In this document: piece by piece, positions 40,886 through 51,458 of the stretch | How positions within the stretch are numbered: position 1 is the first letter of the stretch | Layout: each line of letters begins with the position of its first letter | From: Chrysiogenales bacterium | GTDB taxonomy: Bacteria > Acidobacteriota > Aminicenantia > UBA2199 | Assembly: GCA_963700535.1 (NCBI GenBank) | Contig: CAVOXU010000003.1 | Coordinates: 70,375 to 134,374, forward strand | DNA length: 64,000 bases | Direction: 5' to 3' | Notes under the pieces: generated by a model | Told to the model about the DNA's origin: nothing | The model's database searches: none | Seen by the model: only the letters and a program-made list of their open reading frames with translations | Position numbers and translations under genes: made by a program

Positions 40886-41953
40886 TCAGGGAATTTCAAC
40901 AATCTGGTAATCGGGATTGCCGAAACCGATCTCCCGGGCGTAGTCGATCTGCACGCGGTGGGGTATGTCGTAAGCAAGGGTGGTGAGAGGCTTCCCGGCC
41001 TTCTTTTCCACCAGGTCCAGCGAGGCAGCGTCCAAAGCGACCGCGTCCAAAGAGATCAATACGCCGATATCCGGGACGATTTTTTTGTAGCCGCCCATGC
41101 AGTCGCAATCCTTGCTGATGCGGTTCAAAAAATTGATATAGAGCGCCTTGTCCTTTTTGCAGGCAGCTACGCCCCAGGCGTGTTCGACGATTTTTCGCTG
41201 CAGCTGTTCGTAGGTTTCCGACCAATTGTAGCCGACAGCATCGAAACGGCATACGGTCAGGCATTGAGCGCAGCCGATGCAAATAGCTTTATCGATCCGG
41301 GCGACATTTTCCACCATGGTGATGGCCTGGACCGGGCACCACTTGACGCAGGCGCCGCAGGCGGTGCAATTTTTTTTCTTCACCGACGGCGTGGCGGTCG
41401 AATGCTGGACCAGCTTGCCGCGCCGGCTGGCACAGCCCATACCCATGTTTTTCAAGGCCGCGCCGAAACCTGAAGCCAGGTGGCCGGTGAAATGGGAAAC
41501 CACGACCAGGGCCTGGGTCTTGACGATCAGGGAAGCGATCTTGACTTTAGAGTACAGCCGGCCCGGGATCGGCACTTCCAGTTCTTCGTCGCCGCTCAGA
41601 CCATCGGCCATGATCAGCGGCAGACCGGTTCGTTCGAAACCGAATCCGTGGCGCTGGGCCAATTCCATGTGGCTGATGGCCTGGCTGCGCATGCCGCTGT
41701 ACAAGGTGGAAGTATCGGTCAGAAAGGGCAGGGCCCGGCGCTGTTTGAGCAGGTCACCCATCATCCTGAAATTCAGCGGCCGCACGTAGCCTTGCGTTTT
41801 TTCCTCGCCGAAATGGGTCTTGAAAGCCACCATGTCATTGGCCTGGACAAAGGAAAAAAGGTTTTTGGCCATAATGGCTTTTTCGAGTTTTGCACAGATC
41901 GACTCGTCGCTTTCGTTGTCGACAGCGGAGATAAAATATACTTTTTCCTTCAT
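40886..41953 (-). CDS. DUF362 domain protein with inserted 2x[4Fe-4S] ferredoxin
   Basis: 'KTHFGE', 'SHFTGH', 'GAALKNMGMGC', 'CTACGACVKWCP', 'CIGCAQCLTVC', 'DCDC', 'DAVALDAAS'. Confidence 0.9.
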   Translation of the reverse strand: MKEKVYFISAVDNESDESICAKLEKAIMAKNLFSFVQANDMVAFKTHFGEEKTQGYVRPLNFRMMGDLLKQRRALPFLTDTSTLYSGMRSQAISHMELAQRHGFGFERTGLPLIMADGLSGDEELEVPIPGRLYSKVKIASLIVKTQALVVVSHFTGHLASGFGAALKNMGMGCASRRGKLVQHSTATPSVKKKNCTACGACVKWCPVQAITMVENVARIDKAICIGCAQCLTVCRFDAVGYNWSETYEQLQRKIVEHAWGVAACKKDKALYINFLNRISKDCDCMGGYKKIVPDIGVLISLDAVALDAASLDLVEKKAGKPLTTLAYDIPHRVQIDYAREIGFGNPDYQIVEIP

Positions 41954-42213
41954 TTATCCTTTCCTTTTCAATTTAGTGTTTATCATTTTATATATATTTA
42001 TAGCCATTTTCGCTTGATTGACTCGCTTTCTATGGACACCGGATCTGCTCATACCTGAGAAATGTAACCATTCAGGGTGAAAAAGTCAATTCCCGGCGGG
42101 AAAATTTTTCCAAGCTTTTTTTCACCAACCGGGCGTCAATCGCTTGAAATGGTCAATAACACTTGACTTTTCATTTTTCGTATGTTAACTTTTGATACAA
42201 GCAGGAGGTCGAC

Positions 42214-42495
42214 ATGAATAAAAAATATCTGGCCGAGGATATATCCAAGAGAATATCCATTAAAAAATATGAAGCCTACAACTTTATTGACCTATTCATC
42301 GAAGTCGCCCTGGAAAATCTCGGGAAAGGGCGCAAACTCGTGCTTTCCAAATTTGGAACCCTGATCATCAAAAAAAAGAATAAAAAGCGCGTGATCAATC
42401 CCATAAATCGCCAGCCAATGATCATTCCTCCCACCAAGATCGTGAAATTCATCCCTTCGGAGAACTTGAAAAAGAAGTTCGAGGGAAATGGCTGA
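42214..42495 (+). CDS. HU/IHF family DNA-binding protein (divergent)
   Basis: 'MNKKYL', 'KFGTL', 'INP', 'VKFIPSENLK'. RBS AGGAGG. TTGACT-17-TAACTT promoter at 42163-42191. Confidence 0.85.
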   Translation: MNKKYLAEDISKRISIKKYEAYNFIDLFIEVALENLGKGRKLVLSKFGTLIIKKKNKKRVINPINRQPMIIPPTKIVKFIPSENLKKKFEGNG

Positions 42496-43576
42496 CCTCA
42501 ATGAAGAGCAGTTAAAAAGGATCTCTTTTCACCTGCTGACCGTTAATAATCCCAAGGCCAGGCAGCATCTGCTGAGAAACAAGTTCAAGAAAAACGATTT
42601 GTTCAGCCTGGGAACCCGGCAGCTTGAATTGAGCGGACTGCTCCCGGCCGAGATCAGGGCTATACGCCATAAAAACTGGACCAGCGCTGAAAATGAAGCA
42701 GCTCGGTCGAAAGCGAACAACATCCAGATCATTTTCAGCGAAGACAGGGATTATCCGCCGCTGTTGAAAGAAATTTTTGATCCGCCTGATTTCATTTATT
42801 TTACCGGCAACCGGGAAATTCTGGCAAAAACCAAACTGGCCGTGGTTGGATCGCGGCGGGGCAGCGACTACGGCCAGGCTGTCATAAACCGCATTCTGCC
42901 CGAATGCATCCGGGCCGGACTGGTGATTGTTTCGGGCATGGCCTATGGGATAGATTCCATGGCCCACCGGGCGGCAATCCGTGAAAACGGCACCACCATC
43001 GGCGTTAATGCCGGCGGACTTCTGCATTTGAATCCTCCCGGCAACAGAGGCCTGATCAGGAAAATCATCGAACATGGCGGTATTATCAGTGAATTTCCCC
43101 TGGATGTGGTCCCGCGTCCTTTTCTTTTTCCTGTCCGCAACCGGGTCATCGCCGGGATTTCCAAGGCCGTGCTGGTCGTTGAAGCGGCCCTGCGCAGCGG
43201 TTCATTGATCACGGCCAGGCTGGCCATCGATCAAAACCGTGATGTCATGGCTGTTCCGGGCAATATTGACCAGTCTTTGAGCCAGGGGACGAACTATCTG
43301 TTGCAACAGGGTGCCAAATTGATCGCCAGTGCTTCCGATTTGCTGGAAGAATTCGGATTGGAGGCGGCAGCGCCGGCAAAACCGGAGCTGGTTTTGTCGG
43401 TCAAAGAAAAGAAAATACTTGACTTGTGCGGAGAAAGTGAGGTAAAAGGGTTCGATTTTCTGGTTGAAGCACTTGATCTGTCAACCGCTGAAACTGTTTC
43501 GCTTTTAATGGGCTTGATTTTAAAAAACCTGATAGCGGAAGAAGCGGCTGGTTACCGAAGGATAAATTATGCCTAA
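42488..43576 (+). CDS. dprA: DNA processing protein DprA
   Basis: 'YPPLLKEIFDPP', 'AVVGSR', 'IVSGMAYGID', 'FPVRNRVIAG', 'VVEAALRSGSLITA', 'VPGNI'. Confidence 0.96.
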   Translation: MADLNEEQLKRISFHLLTVNNPKARQHLLRNKFKKNDLFSLGTRQLELSGLLPAEIRAIRHKNWTSAENEAARSKANNIQIIFSEDRDYPPLLKEIFDPPDFIYFTGNREILAKTKLAVVGSRRGSDYGQAVINRILPECIRAGLVIVSGMAYGIDSMAHRAAIRENGTTIGVNAGGLLHLNPPGNRGLIRKIIEHGGIISEFPLDVVPRPFLFPVRNRVIAGISKAVLVVEAALRSGSLITARLAIDQNRDVMAVPGNIDQSLSQGTNYLLQQGAKLIASASDLLEEFGLEAAAPAKPELVLSVKEKKILDLCGESEVKGFDFLVEALDLSTAETVSLLMGLILKNLIAEEAAGYRRINYA

Positions 43577-45665
43577 AAAAACATTGGTGATTGTAGAATC
43601 GCCGGCCAAGTCAAACACGATTTCCAAATATCTGGGCGACGGCTTTGTGATCAGTTCTTCAATGGGTCATATCCGCGACCTGCCGGCGGCGGTATTGGGA
43701 ATTGATCTGAAAAACAACTACAAACCCTGCTACGAGGAATTGCCCGGGAAAGCCCAGGTGATCAAGGAGTTGCGCAAGCAGGCCAGGAACGCGGATAAAA
43801 TATTCCTGGCCTCAGATCCCGACCGTGAAGGTGAAGCCATTGCTTTTCATTTGCAGCAGATCCTGCAAACGGAAAACCAAAATATTTTTCGCGTGCTTTT
43901 CAATGAGATCACCCGGCAGTCCATATTGGCGGCGGTGGAAAAACCGCTGGCCATTAACGGACACAAGGTCGATTCCCAGCAGATGCGCAGATTGCTGGAC
44001 CGTTTGGCCGGATACAAGATCAGTCCGGTGCTGCAGCGCAAGATCGGCGGCCCGCTTTCGGCCGGCCGCGTGCAATCCGTAGCCCTGAAGTTGATCGTGG
44101 AAAGGGAAAAGGAAATCAGGGCTTTCGTTTCCAAAGAATTCTGGACCATTGCCGTGGAATTACTGGGTTCGCGCCAGCCGGCGTTCATGAGCAAGCTGGA
44201 AAAATTCAAAGGCAAGAACATCAAGATCGCCGATAAAAACAGCTGTGATCTGGTGCTGAGCGAATTGAAACTGAACGATTACGTCCTGGAGCGCCTGCAG
44301 AAAAAACTGAAAAAGCGCAAAGCGCCTCCGCCCCTGATCACTTCCACCCTGCAGCAGGAGGCTTTTCGCCGCTTCAAATTCCCGGTGAAAAAAACCATGC
44401 AGCTGGCTCAGCAGCTTTATGAAGGCCTGAATATCCATGGCGGCGAAACCAGCGGATTGATCACCTATATGCGCACCGACTCATTCCGTGTTTCCGACCA
44501 GGCGCGCGACCAGGCCCGCGAATACATAGCGGCCGCTTTGGGGAAAGAGTATTGCCCGTCCACCCCTAATGTGTTCAAGAGAAAATCGAAGATCCAGGAT
44601 GCCCATGAATGTATCCGGCCCACATTTCCTTTTCATGCCCCGGATGATATCAAGGCCGATCTGAATCCTGGGCAGTTGAAGATCTATCAGCTGATCTGGG
44701 AAAGGTTTTTTGCTTCGCAGATGGCCGATGCCGAGATTGAAGAGACCCAGTTTGACATCAAGAACGGATTGTACCTGTTCGTCTGCAAGGGCGAGATCGT
44801 CAAATTCAAGGGTTTTTATGTTATGCTGAAAAACGATAATGAGCAGACGATCCTGCCGCAATTGCAGGAAAAGGAGATCCTCCAGCTGCTGAAGATCGAC
44901 GATAAGCAGAATTTCACCAAACCCCCGGCCCGCTACAGCGAGGCATCTCTGGTGAAGGTGCTCGAGGAAAAAGGCATTGGCCGCCCTTCTACCTACGCCA
45001 AGATCATCGAAACCCTGAATAAGCGGGAATACGTCTATAACGAAGAAAAGAGATTCATACCCACCGATCTGGGCATCAATGTGGTTGAGTACCTGGAAGA
45101 GAATTTTCAGGACATCATGAACTATAATTTTACCGCCGAGCTGGAGAAAGAGCTGGATCTGGTCGCCGAAGGAAAGCTCGATTGGGTGACGGGGATCGAC
45201 CAATTCTATAAAAAATTGGCGCTGGATCTGGAAAAGGTCAAAGGCGCAAAAAAAATGGAATTGCTGACCGGCAACAAATGTCCCGACTGCGCAGGCGACC
45301 TGGTCAAAAAATATTCCCTGAAAACCAGGGGCTGGTTCGTGGGCTGTTCCAATTATCCGCAATGCAGGTATACCGAACGGGTCACGATAAACAATGAGAG
45401 GATCAGCAAGGACGAGATCCTGGAAAAACTGTGCCCCCAGTGCGGCAAACCCCTGATCAAGAGATATTCCCCTAAAACCAGGCAATACTTTATCGGCTGT
45501 TCCGGATTTCCCGCCTGCAAGCATATCGAAAAAAGCCAGGAACAAGAACTGGGCAATTGCCCGCAGTGCAGCAAACCCCTGACCAAGAGATTTTCCCCCA
45601 AGACCCGCCGTTATTTTGTCGGCTGTACCGGGTATCCTGAATGCAAATTCATACAAAAAGGGTGA
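43569..45665 (+). CDS. topA: DNA topoisomerase I with three C-terminal zinc ribbons
   Basis: 'LVIVESPAK', 'DPDREGEAI', 'SAGRVQS', 'ITYMRTD', 'GIGRPSTY', three CxxC...C...C repeats. Confidence 0.98.
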   Translation: MPKKTLVIVESPAKSNTISKYLGDGFVISSSMGHIRDLPAAVLGIDLKNNYKPCYEELPGKAQVIKELRKQARNADKIFLASDPDREGEAIAFHLQQILQTENQNIFRVLFNEITRQSILAAVEKPLAINGHKVDSQQMRRLLDRLAGYKISPVLQRKIGGPLSAGRVQSVALKLIVEREKEIRAFVSKEFWTIAVELLGSRQPAFMSKLEKFKGKNIKIADKNSCDLVLSELKLNDYVLERLQKKLKKRKAPPPLITSTLQQEAFRRFKFPVKKTMQLAQQLYEGLNIHGGETSGLITYMRTDSFRVSDQARDQAREYIAAALGKEYCPSTPNVFKRKSKIQDAHECIRPTFPFHAPDDIKADLNPGQLKIYQLIWERFFASQMADAEIEETQFDIKNGLYLFVCKGEIVKFKGFYVMLKNDNEQTILPQLQEKEILQLLKIDDKQNFTKPPARYSEASLVKVLEEKGIGRPSTYAKIIETLNKREYVYNEEKRFIPTDLGINVVEYLEENFQDIMNYNFTAELEKELDLVAEGKLDWVTGIDQFYKKLALDLEKVKGAKKMELLTGNKCPDCAGDLVKKYSLKTRGWFVGCSNYPQCRYTERVTINNERISKDEILEKLCPQCGKPLIKRYSPKTRQYFIGCSGFPACKHIEKSQEQELGNCPQCSKPLTKRFSPKTRRYFVGCTGYPECKFIQKG

Positions 45666-46971
45666 AAAAAAGAGTCACGATCATAGGCGGCGGACTGGCC
45701 GGTGCGGAAGCTGCCTATCAGATAGCCAAAAGCGGCATGGCTGTCGATCTGTACGAGATGCGGCCGCAGGTTATGACCGAAGCCCACGGCGGCGATTCCC
45801 TGGCTGAAATGGTATGTTCCAATTCGCTGGGTTCCGAGGAGATCAGTTCCGCTTCCGGCCTGTTGAAGCGGGAATTGAAAATGCTCGATTCCTTTTTTTT
45901 GCGCAGTGCCGAAAAAAGCAGGGTCCCGGCCGGAAACAGCCTTGCGGTCGACCGGCTGCAATTGGCTGCCAGACATTACCGCTGAACTGGAATCCATGCC
46001 CGGGATCCGTATTATCCGCCAGGAAATCCGGGAAATCCCGGCATCTGAAATGCCATTGATCATTGCCAGCGGACCGCTGACCAGCCCCGCCTTCGCCCAG
46101 GCCCTTTCCGGCCTGACCATGCGCAAAAATCTCTACTTTTTTGACGCCACCTGTCCGCTGATCCGGGCCGAAAGCATTGATTTTTCAAAATTGTTCGCCG
46201 CTTCCCGCTACGAGAAAGGCCAAGCCGATTTTATGAATATTCCCCTGGATCAGGCGCAATACGAATTGTTGGTCACAAGCTTGGTCGGAGCTGAACCTGA
46301 ACAGGCCAGGGACTTTGAAAAGGAAATTTTTTTTGACGCCTGCCTGCCGGTGGAAGAAATCGCCCGCCGCGGACCGCAATCGCTGGCCTTCGGGCCGTTG
46401 AAACCGGTCGGACTGGTCGATCCGCGCACGGGAGCCCGCCCGTACGCGGTCGTACAGCTCCGCCAGGATGATCTGAAAAAAAATTTTTTCCAATTGGTCG
46501 GATTTCAGACGCGCTTGAAGCATGGAGACCAGAAGCGGATCTTCCGCAACCTGCCCGGGCTGGAAAACGCCGAGTTCGAGCGTTTTGGCCGCATGCACCG
46601 CAACACCTATATCAATGCCCCGTTGATCATCAATCAATTTTCCCAGATGCAAAAAAAACAGCCGCATCTATTTTGCCGGCCAGATCTCCGGAGTGGAAGG
46701 CTATGTGGAGTCGGTCGCCTCGGGGCTGCTCTGCGGTCTTTTTGCCAGCCGCAACGAGCTCAGCGCCCCACTCCCGGAAACCACGGCAATCGGCGCGCTG
46801 CTCGCTTACATCGCCAATGCCGGCTGGCAGGATTTCCGGCCCAGCAAGTTCACTTTTGGCCTGCTGGCGGACAGTGGGGTGGAATGCCGCGACAAGAAAA
46901 GAAAAAAAGAGTTGAAAGCCGAAAGGGCCTGCGAGGCGCTGGAACAATGGATAAAGAAAGCCGCCATCTAA
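45662..46971 (+). CDS. trmFO: tRNA (uracil-5-)-methyltransferase TrmFO (Gid), two apparent frameshifts (~45970, ~46650)
   Basis: 'IIGGGLAGAEAA', 'MVCSNSL', 'IASGPLTS', 'FGPLKPVGL', 'VQLRQD', 'RMHRNTY', then 'FAGQISGVEGYVES' in another frame. Confidence 0.9.
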
Positions 46972-47834
46972 ATAATTATATCGGTTATTTGCGTGAAATA
47001 AAAAAGTTTTCCGCCAACACGCTCAAGGCATATACTATCGATATCAGGCAATTCCATGCTTATTTTTCGGAACAAAGGCTGCCGGTCAGCAAAAACAATA
47101 TCCGCGACTTCATTGCCCATCTCTACATGAAAAGCAAAAACAAGGCCACCGTGGCCCGAAAAATATACGCCGTTAAATCTTACTACGCTTATCTGGTCAA
47201 GACCGGGATCCAGCCCCACAATCCTTTCGACGGTATCGGCACCCCGAAACTGGATAAAAAAATTCCCCAGATCCTGACCGAAAACGAAATGCAGCAATTC
47301 CTTGACGCCCTGCCCGCGGAGACTTTTTTGCAGTTGCGCAACAAGGCCCTCTTTGAGTTCCTGTATGCGACCGGCCTGCGTATCTCTGAATTGACCGGGT
47401 TGCAGGTCGGCGACGTGCATTTCGCCGACAGGCTGGTGCGGGTCATGGGCAAAGGTAAAAAAGAGCGCATCGTCCCCTTTCATGAGCAGGCCGCCGCGGT
47501 CATGGCCCAATATCTCGAGCGGCGGCGCAGCGAGTTTTCCGGCCGGGGTGAGCGGATCTTTGTAAATTCCCGGGGCGGACCTCTGAGCCAGCGTTCGGTC
47601 GAGCGTATCCTGAAGCAGGTTTATCACGATCTGACCCATTCGGGCAGGCAGGTGCATCCCCATTTGCTGCGCCATTCTTTTGCCACCCATTTGCTGCAAA
47701 GGGGGGCGAACCTGCGCATCATCCAGGAATTGCTGGGGCATGCCAATCTGGCCACAACCGAAAAATACACTACTTTGAATTTCAGTGATCTGCAGAACAC
47801 CTACAGGAAATTTCATCCGCGCAAACAATCATGA
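46947..47834 (+). CDS. xerC: tyrosine recombinase XerC
   Basis: 'SANTLKAY', 'LYATGLRISEL', 'GKGKKERIVP', 'HPHLLRHSFATHLL', 'LLGHANLATTEKY', in topA-trmFO-xerC synteny. Confidence 0.9.
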   Translation: MDKESRHLNNYIGYLREIKKFSANTLKAYTIDIRQFHAYFSEQRLPVSKNNIRDFIAHLYMKSKNKATVARKIYAVKSYYAYLVKTGIQPHNPFDGIGTPKLDKKIPQILTENEMQQFLDALPAETFLQLRNKALFEFLYATGLRISELTGLQVGDVHFADRLVRVMGKGKKERIVPFHEQAAAVMAQYLERRRSEFSGRGERIFVNSRGGPLSQRSVERILKQVYHDLTHSGRQVHPHLLRHSFATHLLQRGANLRIIQELLGHANLATTEKYTTLNFSDLQNTYRKFHPRKQS

Positions 47835-48781
47835 GCAAAAAGACTGTATATTTTCTGTTCAAATTCGTCCTGGGCTTCGGACTGATGCTGTACCTGCTGC
47901 TGTACATCGCCCGGCCGCGGGAGATCATTGCAGTTTTCGCCAACGTTTCCTGGTCAATGGTCGTGCTGGCTTTTTGCCTGCATGCGTTCGGGTTCTTGAT
48001 TTCGGCCCGGCGCTGGAAGCTGATCCTCGATGAAAGGGGCGGCGGTTTCTCGATCGCGCAGTTGATACGTTTGCTGCTGGTCGGCTCTTTTTTCAACCTC
48101 TTTTTGCCCACCCGTTTCGGTGGTGACGTGGTCAGGGTCAGCGATACCCGCCATATCGACCAGGGGGTGACTGCGTCCCTGGCGGTGATCGTCTATGAAC
48201 GCATGAGCGGCATCGTCGCCCTGCTGGCGCTGGCCATGCTGGCCTCGCTTCTGAAGTTGAATTATTTGAAAGAACTGCCATTGCTTTATGTCTCGCTCCT
48301 GGTCAGCCTGCTGGGTATCATCCTGCTGGTGCTGGCCTGGAAGAAACTTCCGCGCGGATTTCTGGCCAGGTTAAAGTGCCGCCGGGCCTGGCTGCGCAGA
48401 ATCCTGGATAAGCTGGACAAGTTCCATGCCATCCTCCTTGATTTTCTGAACCACCGCTCCTTATCAAGGAAAGTTTTTATCTGGGCGCTGCTGCTGCAGC
48501 TCAACGTGGTGCTTCATTATTATTTGATCGGCCAGGCTTTGAAGCTGGACCGCATCCCTTTGCTGGACTATTTTTTTTCCATTCCCCTCATGCTGTTCCT
48601 GCTGTCGTTTCCGGTTTCGATCAATGGCATCGGTGTCCGCGACCTTTTCCTGATCCAGCTTTTCACGTATTACGGCTACCCGGCTCAAATGGCAATCGCT
48701 TTTTCCCTGCTGGATGTGGCCTTCAACCTGCTGCTGGGCATCTGCGGCGGCTTGATCTACGTTTTTCGCAAAAATGAATAA
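47831..48781 (+). CDS. lysylphosphatidylglycerol synthase TM-domain / UPF0104 flippase-like protein
   Basis: 'ARRW', 'FFNLFLPTRFGGDVVR', 'YER', 'PVSINGIGVRD'. Confidence 0.88.
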   Translation: MSKKTVYFLFKFVLGFGLMLYLLLYIARPREIIAVFANVSWSMVVLAFCLHAFGFLISARRWKLILDERGGGFSIAQLIRLLLVGSFFNLFLPTRFGGDVVRVSDTRHIDQGVTASLAVIVYERMSGIVALLALAMLASLLKLNYLKELPLLYVSLLVSLLGIILLVLAWKKLPRGFLARLKCRRAWLRRILDKLDKFHAILLDFLNHRSLSRKVFIWALLLQLNVVLHYYLIGQALKLDRIPLLDYFFSIPLMLFLLSFPVSINGIGVRDLFLIQLFTYYGYPAQMAIAFSLLDVAFNLLLGICGGLIYVFRKNE

Positions 48782-49886
48782 AAAACTCATACCGCTCTTT
48801 GCCGCCCTGCTCCTGCTGTTTGCCGGCAGCCAGGAAAAACTCCGTGAGATCAATCTGCGCATCGAGGAGATCTCGGCCAAGCTCCTGGCCTGCAAACAGG
48901 ACAAATCCTCTATCCTTAATGACATTTACGCCTTGGAGCTGCAGACCGAATCGGTCGTTATCGGGTTAAATAAAGTCGATTTGCTGATGGCCGACACCAG
49001 GGCGCAGATCGCCCGCAAGCAAAAAGAAGAAGAGCAGCTTCAGGCCAGGATCCGCTCCTCGCAGGACAATGTCAGGCGCATTCTGCGGGTTCTTTATAAA
49101 ATCGGGGAATTGGGTTACGTGAAACTTTTTATCAATATCGGCAATTTCGATCAGCTTTTCCGCAATTACCGCCTGATCGTTTCCCTGATGGATGACAGGG
49201 TCATGGCCATAAGGGAAATCCGCCAGGGCCTCATGAAGCTGCAAAAAATCAAGGCCGAATTGCAGGTGGAGTTTGACCGTCAAAACAACTTGAGAAAGGA
49301 GCAGGCAGGCAAGTTGTCGCGCCTGCAGGGCCTGAAACAGGAGAAGCTGGAGTTGATCGCCAAGATCAACCGCCAGCGGGATTTCAATGTCCGCTTGCTG
49401 GATGAACTGAAAAGTGAAGGGGAAAACCTGACCCGCTTCCTGGACCAGAGCATGGTGGCGGACGTACCCGACCTGGTCGATTTCAAGATTATGAAGGGCA
49501 AACTGACCTGGCCGCTGCCCGGAAGGATCATTTCCAGTTTCGGGAAAAAAAAGAGCGCCAACTTCAATACCTATACCATGAACAACGGCATTGAGATCAA
49601 GCCGGTTTCTTCCGATGAGATCAAGGCCATCGGGGGCGGGGAAATTATTTTTTGTGATTATTTCAAGGGCTATGGAAACTTGCTCATCATTCAGCACGCG
49701 GGGAATTTCCATACCCTTTACGGGCACTGCGACAGTTTCAAAAAGAAATTGGGTGAGCGAGTGCAGGTCGGTGAAGTGATCGCCCTGGCCGGCAATTCCG
49801 GCAGCCTGTACGGCAAGTCGCTTTATTTTGAGATCAGGCAAAACCTGAAACCCCTGGATCCCTTGCTCTGGCTGAGCAAAAGGTGA
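48774..49886 (+). CDS. envC: murein hydrolase activator EnvC (coiled coil + degenerate M23)
   Basis: Signal peptide, long coiled coil, 'KGKLTWP', 'NNGIEI', 'GYGNLLIIQH', 'LYFEIR...DP'. Confidence 0.82.
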   Translation: MNKKLIPLFAALLLLFAGSQEKLREINLRIEEISAKLLACKQDKSSILNDIYALELQTESVVIGLNKVDLLMADTRAQIARKQKEEEQLQARIRSSQDNVRRILRVLYKIGELGYVKLFINIGNFDQLFRNYRLIVSLMDDRVMAIREIRQGLMKLQKIKAELQVEFDRQNNLRKEQAGKLSRLQGLKQEKLELIAKINRQRDFNVRLLDELKSEGENLTRFLDQSMVADVPDLVDFKIMKGKLTWPLPGRIISSFGKKKSANFNTYTMNNGIEIKPVSSDEIKAIGGGEIIFCDYFKGYGNLLIIQHAGNFHTLYGHCDSFKKKLGERVQVGEVIALAGNSGSLYGKSLYFEIRQNLKPLDPLLWLSKR

Positions 49887-49898
49887 TAGAATCTGCCC

Positions 49899-51092
49899 TT
49901 GAAAAAAACAATGAAGCCGAAAAGAAAAACAATTAAAAACTCCAATCGCAAAACTGCCGCGATATCTTTTTTCCTGTTCGGCGCCATCGCCCTGGCCGCG
50001 GTGTTCACCCTCGAATTTCTTGATTACCGCTCCGGAAAATATTCATTCATTTTCAGCAAGCTGATCCGCCTGCAGCAAGAGATGGCGCCCGCTGAAAAAT
50101 TCAACCGCGAACTGACCGCAGCCTTGTCCGGGAGAAAAATACCTTTTGATTTTTTGAAGGACCAGGGCGGGGTCAGCCATTTCAAGATCGAGCTGCCTGA
50201 ACCGCTTTACCCGCCTCTGAGCAAGGATCTGCGCTGGCTGGTGGAAAAAAACCGGGGCTTGTACCGTCTGAGCGAAGTCCAGGGCATGAAGGAGCAGGTC
50301 GTTTATTTGATCCAGGTGATCTTTGAAAAGAAGCTGACCCATGTCATTTTGATCAGCAAGCGCCTGGCCGTTCAGCCGCGGCCCCTTGAAAAACCCGTCA
50401 CCCCGGCTGCCGGGACCCGGACCGGGAAAACACCCCGCCTGGCCTTCATCATCGATGACATCGGTTATGCCGATCTGGTTTCCGATCAATTGCGTGAATT
50501 GGGCATTCCCCTGACCGCGGCCATCATTCCCGCCGCGCCCTATGCCCGCAGCGAAGCGCAAAGGATCCACGAATATGGCTTGGAAGAGATCATCCACCTG
50601 CCCATGCAGCCCAAGGATCCGGCCAATCACCACCCGCGCGACCAGTTCGTTCTGACCGACTCCAGCGCCGCCGAGATCCAGGTTTTGCTGCAGAAGGCCC
50701 GCGAGGTGGTTCCCTATGCCCGGGGGCTGAACAACCACATGGGTTCGCTGCTCACGTCCAACCCCCAGGCCATGCGCCGGGTGCTGGAGCTGGTCAAGGG
50801 GGCGGGACTTTTCTTCGTGGATTCCAGAACCTCAACCGCCACTCTGGCCTATGCCCTGGCCCGTGAAATGAAGATCAAGACCTTCAGGCGCGACGTGTTT
50901 CTCGACGACGAGCAGTCTTACGAGTACAGCAGCGGGCAGATCCGGCGCCTGGTGGAACTGGCGCGGCAGAACGGCCGCGCCCTGGCCATCGGCCATCCCT
51001 TCCCCTCCACGCTGGCCGCCCTGCGCGACGCCGTCCCCTGGCTGAAGCAGCAGAAAGTCGAGGTGGTTTTCGTTTCGGCATTGCTGGAGTAG
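49899..51092 (+). CDS. divergent polysaccharide deacetylase family protein (YibQ-like) with N-terminal extension
   Basis: 'AFIIDDIGY', 'IHLPMQP', 'GLNNHMGS', 'FVDSRT', 'RDVFLD', 'AIGHP'. Confidence 0.9.
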   Translation: MKKTMKPKRKTIKNSNRKTAAISFFLFGAIALAAVFTLEFLDYRSGKYSFIFSKLIRLQQEMAPAEKFNRELTAALSGRKIPFDFLKDQGGVSHFKIELPEPLYPPLSKDLRWLVEKNRGLYRLSEVQGMKEQVVYLIQVIFEKKLTHVILISKRLAVQPRPLEKPVTPAAGTRTGKTPRLAFIIDDIGYADLVSDQLRELGIPLTAAIIPAAPYARSEAQRIHEYGLEEIIHLPMQPKDPANHHPRDQFVLTDSSAAEIQVLLQKAREVVPYARGLNNHMGSLLTSNPQAMRRVLELVKGAGLFFVDSRTSTATLAYALAREMKIKTFRRDVFLDDEQSYEYSSGQIRRLVELARQNGRALAIGHPFPSTLAALRDAVPWLKQQKVEVVFVSALLE

Positions 51093-51134
51093 GGTCGGAG
51101 TTTGCCGACTCACCTTTGTATTTTCATTCGGGAG

Positions 51135-51163
51135 TTGACAAGAATCGTATTTAGTAATAGAAT
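51135..51163 (+). promoter_or_regulatory. sigma70 promoter of the ferredoxin gene
   Basis: TTGACA, 17 bp spacer, TAGAAT. RBS AAGGAGG. Confidence 0.7.
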
Positions 51164-51185
51164 TCAGGTCTGCAAAGGAGGAATA

Positions 51186-51374
51186 ATGGCATTAATTATT
51201 GATGATACCTGCATCAGCTGCGGTGCTTGCGAAGCGGTTTGTCCGGTCCAGGCGATTTCCCAGGGCGATCAGTACTACGTGATCGATCCCGCCCTCTGCG
51301 TGGAATGCAAAGACCATTTTGACGAACCCCAGTGCGCTTCGGTGTGCCCCACCGATTCCTGCGTCAAAAAGTAA
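51186..51374 (+). CDS. 2[4Fe-4S] ferredoxin (YfhL/Alvin type)
   Basis: 'MALIIDDTCISCGACEAVCP...CVECKDHFDEPQCASVCP'. Confidence 0.93.
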   Translation: MALIIDDTCISCGACEAVCPVQAISQGDQYYVIDPALCVECKDHFDEPQCASVCPTDSCVKK

Positions 51375-51458
51375 GCTTTTTACCGTTTCAACCCAATTGC
51401 CGATAGCGTTCCCGTCCGGGGAACGGCCGTTTAGAAAATCGTCGCTGCCTTGGCCCGG

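Noticed and set aside
42163-42191. dif-like XerD arm (GTATGTTAACT) upstream of the HU gene
   Set aside because: There is no plausible XerC arm. The segment is better explained as a TTGACT-17-TAACTT promoter.
45270-45660. Three-fold repeat K(R/K)(Y/F)S(P/L)KTR..F(V/I)GC in topA
   Set aside because: These are ordinary topoisomerase I zinc-ribbon repeats.
45906-47834. Apparent 642-aa TrmFO-XerC fusion in the ORF track
   Set aside because: The TrmFO N- and C-terminal motifs lie in other frames, the joining segment is non-homologous, and xerC has its own ATG at 46947. Two indels explain it.
46947-47834. Tyrosine recombinase as a sign of a mobile element
   Set aside because: It sits in the housekeeping topA-trmFO-xerC context with no att sites or cargo.
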